From positions 2,871 to 66,870 of the forward strand of contig JAKSKN010000008.1 in NCBI GenBank assembly GCA_024401695.1: a stretch of 64,000 nucleotides of DNA, in the 5' to 3' direction. The stretch is from Bacteroidales bacterium (lineage in GTDB: Bacteria; Bacteroidota; Bacteroidia; Bacteroidales; UBA932). Below, in pieces: positions 58,329 to 64,000 of this stretch. Made by a program: the position numbers and the translations under genes. The first letter of the stretch is position 1. Each line of letters begins with the position of its first letter. The notes beneath the pieces are model-generated. The model was given only the letters and a program-made list of their open reading frames with translations. It did not search any database and was not told the DNA's origin.

Positions 58329-61022
58329 CTATATTTCGTTTGGAGATTTGCCGTAGAACGACTTGAAAGCCGTACTGAAGTAGCTTGACGATGAATATCC
58401 GCACATTTCTCCAACTTCCGTCACAGTGTATTTGTGAGACTGAAGAAGCTTGAGGGCATTGGTCATCCTGATGGTCTTTATGAATTCGGATGGCGACTGG
58501 TCGGACTGCGCCTTGAGTTTCTTGTAGAGGGAAGAAGCGCTGACGTTCATTTCCTTGGCAAAAAGGTCCTTGTCGAAAGACGGGTCCTGGATATGTGCAT
58601 ATACCACGCTGACAGCTTTCTTCACGAACGGGTCGTCAAGGTTTTCAAGGTCCTCCTCAGGCATCTGGCTTTCAACTTCCCTTGTAATGCCCATTATGGA
58701 CACAAAGCGGCTCTTCAGCTTGCCTGCATACAGTGTCCAGGCGGAATAGACCAGGAAATACAGCAATGCAAGTTCGATGAGTATGAACCACCAGCTCAAC
58801 CAGAACGGAGGCCTTACGGTGATGGTCATATCCCAGCTGTCAATGACTTCGTTGCCTGAAATGTCTGTCAGAAGAAGGTGGAAGGCATTCTTCCCGATGT
58901 TCAGCCTGTTAAAACGGCAGGACGAGGCGGTGGACAGGGGCGACCAGGCGCCGTCTATCCTTTCCATCCTCCATCGGAAGCGATAATCCTCCCGGTTCCC
59001 TCCCGTGACATTAAAATAAAATATGGCATTGCGCTGCGAATACTTCACAGTCAGCTCCTTAAGGTCATTGGCGGGAAGGATGTCCTCCGTGCCCTGAAGA
59101 TCCCGTACCGACACTCCGGAGAACACGATGTCTTCAACATAAAGCCGCATATCCGGCTTCCCGCATTTGATAAGCTTGGGGTCAAACCTCAGCAGACCGG
59201 ACTGTGTCCCCCAGAGCTGGACACCATCCGCCTTCAGCCAGCAGGCACCGGCATTGAAATTGCTGCGGGAAAATTCAATGATGTTCGGGAATGTCTCCAC
59301 CTTGTCAGTGAGCGTGTCGTAGCAGTCGAGCCCGACTTCATTGCCAAGCCAGAGCTTGCCTTCTTCCACAAGCACGGAATTCACGAAATTCGAATGCAGG
59401 CCCGAATTCATATCCAGATATCTGCAGGCTCCGGACGGAGTTTCGCAGAACAGCACTCCCCTTCCCGAAGTCGAGGCCCACACGCCATCGGAAGTCATCG
59501 CCACATCAGTCATCATCCCCTCGGCAAGCGTGCGTTCGTACATCGTATGCTTGTCGAACGCCAGCAATCCGTGCCGGCAGGCGAGATACAGCAGCCCGTC
59601 AGGGCCTGTGCAGCCGCCCTGTATGTCGTACGGTTCATATTCCTGGTATTTGCCCGTGCGGGCATCCTTGCGCAGCATAACACGGTTGCCGAGTATCCAT
59701 ATGTCGCCGTCACCATCCTCGACAAAGTCAAGGACCACATTCGGATTCCTGCCGTCAGGGACAAGAGCCCGGTCGTGATGTTCGAGTTCCCTGAGGGTGG
59801 CGGCATCGTAAATGAAGAAGCCGTTGCCGAAAGTGCCGACCCAGAGACGTCCGCTTCTGTCAAGATGGATGGCCCGGCAGGTATTTCCTATGCATATATG
59901 GTACCACCGGTGTTCTGGAAACCTCATCACGCTCACCCCTCCGTCCGTCGCCACGGCAGTTATACTAGAATCCTCAAAGACATCGTTGACGTGGTCGTTG
60001 ACAAGTGAATCATCGTCATTCACCCTGTGCCGTATGCAGCTCACGGGAGTGATCTCATCACGGAAATAATAAAGTCCGCCGCCATAGGTAGCGACCCAGA
60101 ACACGTTGTCGTGGTCGCAGAAGACATCATATACACCGTTGGAACCAAGACGCGTCTTGTCATCGTTGTTCTCGCTCTCGACTTCGACCAGAGAGCCGTC
60201 GGATGCCTTGCGGAACCAGAGCCCTCCGCCGTCATAGCTGACAATAAGCATATCGTCCCCATAAGGCCTGATGGTGCTGCACCAGTATGTAGGCGCATCA
60301 TCGATCTGATGAAGCGAATAGTCGGAAAGCTCGAGATAATAAAGTCCGAGGTAGCGGGTGCCTATCCAAAGCCTCTGCCTTGAGGCATCAAGATACAGCG
60401 ATGTCGCGTTGAGACGAGGGTCTCCGGTGGTCAGCGACTCGATACGTCCATCCCGGAGATTGACCCGGAACAGGCCGCAGCGCGACACGGCAAGGAGATT
60501 CCCGTTTTCATCAAAGCAGATTGAGGAATGGTTCGGGGCCCGGTTTTCATCCAGAATGGTGGACAGTCCTGCGGATTCATCATATTTCAATATTCCGACG
60601 GATGTCGCGGCAATGAGGCTGCCGTCCGGTGCGACAAGCAGCTGGTTGATTGCAAAATAATTGACATTCGCAACCTCGGCGAAGTCACAGAGGCGCTCGA
60701 AGCGGTCCTGAGCCTCGTCATAGACATACACGAGACCGCAGTCGGCGTGGGCGTACAGCCTGTGGTTTCCGAATGTAAGCCGGTTGATGTTGACCGCCTG
60801 GCCCTCGCGCGGCAGACGATATGTCTTGCTGCCGCTGAAAGTGAAACGCACTACACCAAGCTTGTAGGACGCCCAGATGAAGCCGTGCTCGTCTTCACAT
60901 ACCGATGCCGTCTGGCGGATTGCAAGGCCCAGCTCGTCATTGATACAATGAAACTCCCTTCCGAATGCAAGACACGCATCCAGAAGCAGGGCAAACGCAA
61001 ATATGAACCTCCTACCTGACAA
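58329..61022 (-). CDS. HTCS-like periplasmic beta-propeller + Y_Y_Y sensor fused via one TM directly to an AraC HTH
   Basis: Repeated D..G.LWIGT/GL..Y propeller blades, PPFWLSWW-TM, then SLYKKLK...IRM..A..LL...VGYSSSSYFSTAFK..YG.SP; TTG start. Confidence 0.88.
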   Translation of the reverse strand: MSGRRFIFAFALLLDACLAFGREFHCINDELGLAIRQTASVCEDEHGFIWASYKLGVVRFTFSGSKTYRLPREGQAVNINRLTFGNHRLYAHADCGLVYVYDEAQDRFERLCDFAEVANVNYFAINQLLVAPDGSLIAATSVGILKYDESAGLSTILDENRAPNHSSICFDENGNLLAVSRCGLFRVNLRDGRIESLTTGDPRLNATSLYLDASRQRLWIGTRYLGLYYLELSDYSLHQIDDAPTYWCSTIRPYGDDMLIVSYDGGGLWFRKASDGSLVEVESENNDDKTRLGSNGVYDVFCDHDNVFWVATYGGGLYYFRDEITPVSCIRHRVNDDDSLVNDHVNDVFEDSSITAVATDGGVSVMRFPEHRWYHICIGNTCRAIHLDRSGRLWVGTFGNGFFIYDAATLRELEHHDRALVPDGRNPNVVLDFVEDGDGDIWILGNRVMLRKDARTGKYQEYEPYDIQGGCTGPDGLLYLACRHGLLAFDKHTMYERTLAEGMMTDVAMTSDGVWASTSGRGVLFCETPSGACRYLDMNSGLHSNFVNSVLVEEGKLWLGNEVGLDCYDTLTDKVETFPNIIEFSRSNFNAGACWLKADGVQLWGTQSGLLRFDPKLIKCGKPDMRLYVEDIVFSGVSVRDLQGTEDILPANDLKELTVKYSQRNAIFYFNVTGGNREDYRFRWRMERIDGAWSPLSTASSCRFNRLNIGKNAFHLLLTDISGNEVIDSWDMTITVRPPFWLSWWFILIELALLYFLVYSAWTLYAGKLKSRFVSIMGITREVESQMPEEDLENLDDPFVKKAVSVVYAHIQDPSFDKDLFAKEMNVSASSLYKKLKAQSDQSPSEFIKTIRMTNALKLLQSHKYTVTEVGEMCGYSSSSYFSTAFKSFYGKSPNEI

Positions 61023-63291
61023 AGAGACTTACCGCCCGGCCCTTGTAATCAACTTCCACGGTCCGGCCCGAACCGACGAAGCATACCTTGAACTTTCTGG
61101 TCTCCGACATCCCGTCAAAACGGCCTTTCCTGTCACCGATGGTGAAGTTGTTCCCCTTGAGGGTCATCTTGATCGTGGAATACCTGCCGTTCTCGTAATT
61201 ATGGTTGTCGCCTTCGTCCTCATAGAGCGTGAATTCACCGTTGGCGCCATCATATACGAGGATGGTAAGGTCGTCCATAGGCTTCTCCCCTATGTAGTTG
61301 ATGTCTTTTTCATATAAAGGAAGGATGCTTCCCGCACGGGCGAACATAGGGATATCGGACAAGCCCGCGCTGACCATAACGGAAGCGCCGCCATTGTATT
61401 TCTTTCCGGTGGACATCTCATACCATTTGCAGCCGGCAGGCAGGTAGACCTGGAATTCCTTCTGCACGCTCCAGTCGACGGATTCTTCAGACCATTCGCG
61501 CTTCTCCCTCGTGAAGAGGGCCTTGTTGACAGGTGCAACCAGGATGTTGCGGCCGAACATGAATTCGGATTCGAGGTTCCATACATTGCGGTCATTCTTG
61601 AAATCCATGAACAGCGCACGCTGGAAGGTGCCATTCTGGGAAGAGACCTCCCAGGCCGTGCTGTAGATATAAGGCATAAGCTTATATCTGAGCCTGATGG
61701 TTTTCTCTATCGCATCATAGACAGGAGTGCCCTGCTCACCGAATTCCCATATCTCGCGACGTGACGATTCGCCGTGGCTGCGCATCATCGGGCAGAACAG
61801 GCCATACTGCAGCCAGCGTACATACAGTTCCTGGAACAGAGGATTCTGCGAACAGGTCTGGGTGACGCCCGGCTTGTTGTACCCTGAAGGGAAGAAGCCG
61901 CCGCAGTCCGAATTGAAGTTAGGATTGCCGGTAAGGGCAAAGCCCAGTCCGGCAGGGATCTGATGACGGAAATCATCCCAGGTTGACTGGACATCACCGC
62001 TCCAGGTATTGGCGCCTGTGCGCTGCTGCCCGGCCCAGGCAGAACGTGTCAGGATCATCGGACGGCGGTCAGAGACCTTGAGCTGGTTCTCGACCACGCC
62101 GCTTACAGAAAGAAGCGGGAACGCGTTGCGCACCTTGCGGAACGAACCGACGCCGGTCTCGACATCAAGGTCGGAATCCTTGAAATCAAGGTGGTCAGGC
62201 TCAGTGGAGTCCATCCACCAGGCATCAATCCCCATATTCTCAAGACGGAGAAGATGCTTCCAGTAGATATCGCGCGCTTCAGCCACATACGGATTGTAAG
62301 GGCGCACTCCGGACGGATAGTCACGGCGAGGCGGCCAGTCGCTGAGGCCTGACTGCGGCCAGGTGCTGAAGTTGAACAGGAGTCCTTTAGCATCAAGCTC
62401 GCGGTACGGCTTGGTCATAGGGCCGAAGGAGGCCCAGATTGAAATCATCATATGCGCGCCCTGCGCGTGGATCTCGTCTATCATCGCCTGCGGACGGCGG
62501 AAGTCCTCGTTGAGGAACTCCATGGCATTCCACTGGTAGTTGTTCCCCCAGTACTGCCAGTCCTGTATGATGCAGTCAAGCGGGATGTTGCGCTCGCGGT
62601 AGCCGTGCAGGGCTCCCAGAAGTTCGGCGCTGCTCTTGTAGCGTTCGCGGCTCTGCATGAAACCGTAGCTCCATTTCGGAAGCATCGGCACCTCGCCCGT
62701 CAGCTGACGTATGCCGGCGATCACACCGTCGGCGCTGCCGCCGTATATGAAATAATAGTCAATGGCATCACCGACTTCGGAAGTGAACGACATCCCGTCG
62801 GCATTGTCCTCGAAAGTGGTGGGCGAAGTGTTGTCCCAGAAGATGGCATAACCCTTTACGGAGTGCACGATCGATACGAAATCCTCCGTATTGCCCTGGA
62901 TCATATAACGCTTCTTGCCGCGCAGGCTGAGCGCACCATCCTGAAGGATGCCCAGGCCGTATATTGCCTCGTCCGGATCAAGGACGAAGGTCTGGCTGAG
63001 TGCCGAGGACTCCTTTTCCCTCAGGATATCGCGGCCGTTGACCGCAAAGCTCACCTGGTCCCCCTTCACGGTGACGGCAAGCCTTGATGACATATAGATT
63101 GTGGAATTCTTTCCCCTTGAGACCTTGACCTTCACTTCTTCAGGCGAAGCGGTCACGGCATAGCTGCCCTCCGGAGCCTTGTCTCCCTTTACGATGCGGA
63201 CTGTGGTCGGAGTGTAGAACTCCACCTTGACGTTCTGGGCCGCTACCGATGCCGATACCAGCATCGCGGCAATGACGAGTATTCTTTTCAT
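61012..63291 (-). CDS. GH31 alpha-xylosidase-like
   Basis: QSRERY, IIQDWQYW, WWMDSTEP nucleophile, WSGDV, FNSDCGGF, MRSHG. Confidence 0.92.
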   Translation of the reverse strand: MKRILVIAAMLVSASVAAQNVKVEFYTPTTVRIVKGDKAPEGSYAVTASPEEVKVKVSRGKNSTIYMSSRLAVTVKGDQVSFAVNGRDILREKESSALSQTFVLDPDEAIYGLGILQDGALSLRGKKRYMIQGNTEDFVSIVHSVKGYAIFWDNTSPTTFEDNADGMSFTSEVGDAIDYYFIYGGSADGVIAGIRQLTGEVPMLPKWSYGFMQSRERYKSSAELLGALHGYRERNIPLDCIIQDWQYWGNNYQWNAMEFLNEDFRRPQAMIDEIHAQGAHMMISIWASFGPMTKPYRELDAKGLLFNFSTWPQSGLSDWPPRRDYPSGVRPYNPYVAEARDIYWKHLLRLENMGIDAWWMDSTEPDHLDFKDSDLDVETGVGSFRKVRNAFPLLSVSGVVENQLKVSDRRPMILTRSAWAGQQRTGANTWSGDVQSTWDDFRHQIPAGLGFALTGNPNFNSDCGGFFPSGYNKPGVTQTCSQNPLFQELYVRWLQYGLFCPMMRSHGESSRREIWEFGEQGTPVYDAIEKTIRLRYKLMPYIYSTAWEVSSQNGTFQRALFMDFKNDRNVWNLESEFMFGRNILVAPVNKALFTREKREWSEESVDWSVQKEFQVYLPAGCKWYEMSTGKKYNGGASVMVSAGLSDIPMFARAGSILPLYEKDINYIGEKPMDDLTILVYDGANGEFTLYEDEGDNHNYENGRYSTIKMTLKGNNFTIGDRKGRFDGMSETRKFKVCFVGSGRTVEVDYKGRAVSLFVR

Positions 63292-63298
63292 ATCAGAT

Positions 63299-64000
63299 TT
63301 ACTTTACAAGACATACAAATCCGCCGTTCGGACGGCACTCCACAGATTTTACGGAACTCTGTTTTGAAATTGCGAACTCGCGGTCGGCAGCGCCGTCGGC
63401 GAAGAGGGTTATGTCACCGGTGAGTTCAGGGAATTCGAGGGTGAGGGTCTCGCCGGTACCGTTGATTCCGCCTACGAACCATACATCACCGCTGCGGCGG
63501 GCAATGACTGCGTGGTGGCCGGGATAGCCGCTGAGAAGCTTTGTCTCATCCCACACAGCCGGAAGTTCCTTCAGGAAGTCGATAACCTCCTGCGGCTGGC
63601 TCAGATAGGCCTCAGGCTTGTCTGCCATATGCTGCAGGCTGGACTGGAAGAGGACAGGAAGAGCAAGCTCGTGTGCATAGGTTGTGATATGCGGATGCTG
63701 TGAGTCGGAGAACGTGCAAGGGGTGTAGTCCATCGGTCCCATCAGACCGCGGGTGAAAGGAAGGGTTGCATTGTGCGAAGCGGCCAGTTTCGTGAAGAAC
63801 GGGACGTTGTTATACCATTCGGCGCCGTAAACGCCCTCCATCGACATCAGGTTCGGCCAGGTTTTCTGCCAGCCGCGGGGAGCCGTGCTTCCGTGAAGGT
63901 CAACGAGGAGATGGTGCTTTGCGGCATCCTCAAGAAGGTCAAGGTAATAGTTCACCATTTCGGAGCCGTCCTCGGCGAAGAAATCGATCTTGACACCGGC
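63299..64000 (-). CDS. GH97, 3' part only (runs off the window)
   Basis: Frame continues upstream as AGVKIDFFAEDGSE; DLHGS..PRGWQKTWPN..SMEGV, GPMDYTP, WDETKLL. Confidence 0.88.
   Translation of the reverse strand, partial: AGVKIDFFAEDGSEMVNYYLDLLEDAAKHHLLVDLHGSTAPRGWQKTWPNLMSMEGVYGAEWYNNVPFFTKLAASHNATLPFTRGLMGPMDYTPCTFSDSQHPHITTYAHELALPVLFQSSLQHMADKPEAYLSQPQEVIDFLKELPAVWDETKLLSGYPGHHAVIARRSGDVWFVGGINGTGETLTLEFPELTGDITLFADGAADREFAISKQSSVKSVECRPNGGFVCLVK

Noticed and set aside
37536-64000. The two GH97 genes as a recent duplication
   Set aside because: Shared motifs only; the sequences are clearly divergent paralogs
50179-64000. Calling the hemicellulase cluster a complete PUL
   Set aside because: No susC/susD pair within the window; it may lie beyond 64000

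Overview
Chromosomal segment of a Bacteroidetes, most likely a gut or rumen Bacteroidales; the call rests on TAnnTTTG promoter boxes and the Bacteroidales-type GH97, GH95 and sensor-AraC genes. In order it holds: a transglutaminase-like/S41-peptidase fusion, plsC, a two-domain VOC gene, an aromatic amino acid operon (pheA-aroB-aroC-tyrA-aroG) whose PheA has a large internal deletion, a hybrid histidine kinase, two paralogous unknown exported proteins, mgtC, a complete IS200/IS605 element (tnpA+tnpB), modF-like and nudC genes, and a five-gene operon of mostly unknown exported proteins (zinc-ribbon OmpA, lysozyme-like and others) facing a TPR-TM-LuxR regulator. It continues with a PAS kinase and Hpt, a GH10-CE1 fusion, MscS, GH97, nrdDG, a ceramide-synthase-like GNAT facing acyl-ACP/CoA synthetase + ACP, folP and housekeeping genes, and a xylan/hemicellulose cluster (GH97 partial, GH31, sensor-AraC lacking kinase and receiver domains, GH43 x2, GH8, GH95-CE4). 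Non-coding highlights are two diverged 140-bp hairpin elements with covarying arms, a 191-bp inverted-repeat element, and a small promoter-to-terminator unit inside the xylan cluster. No CRISPR array, rRNA or tRNA was seen. All protein calls come from motif recognition by eye; no database search was run.
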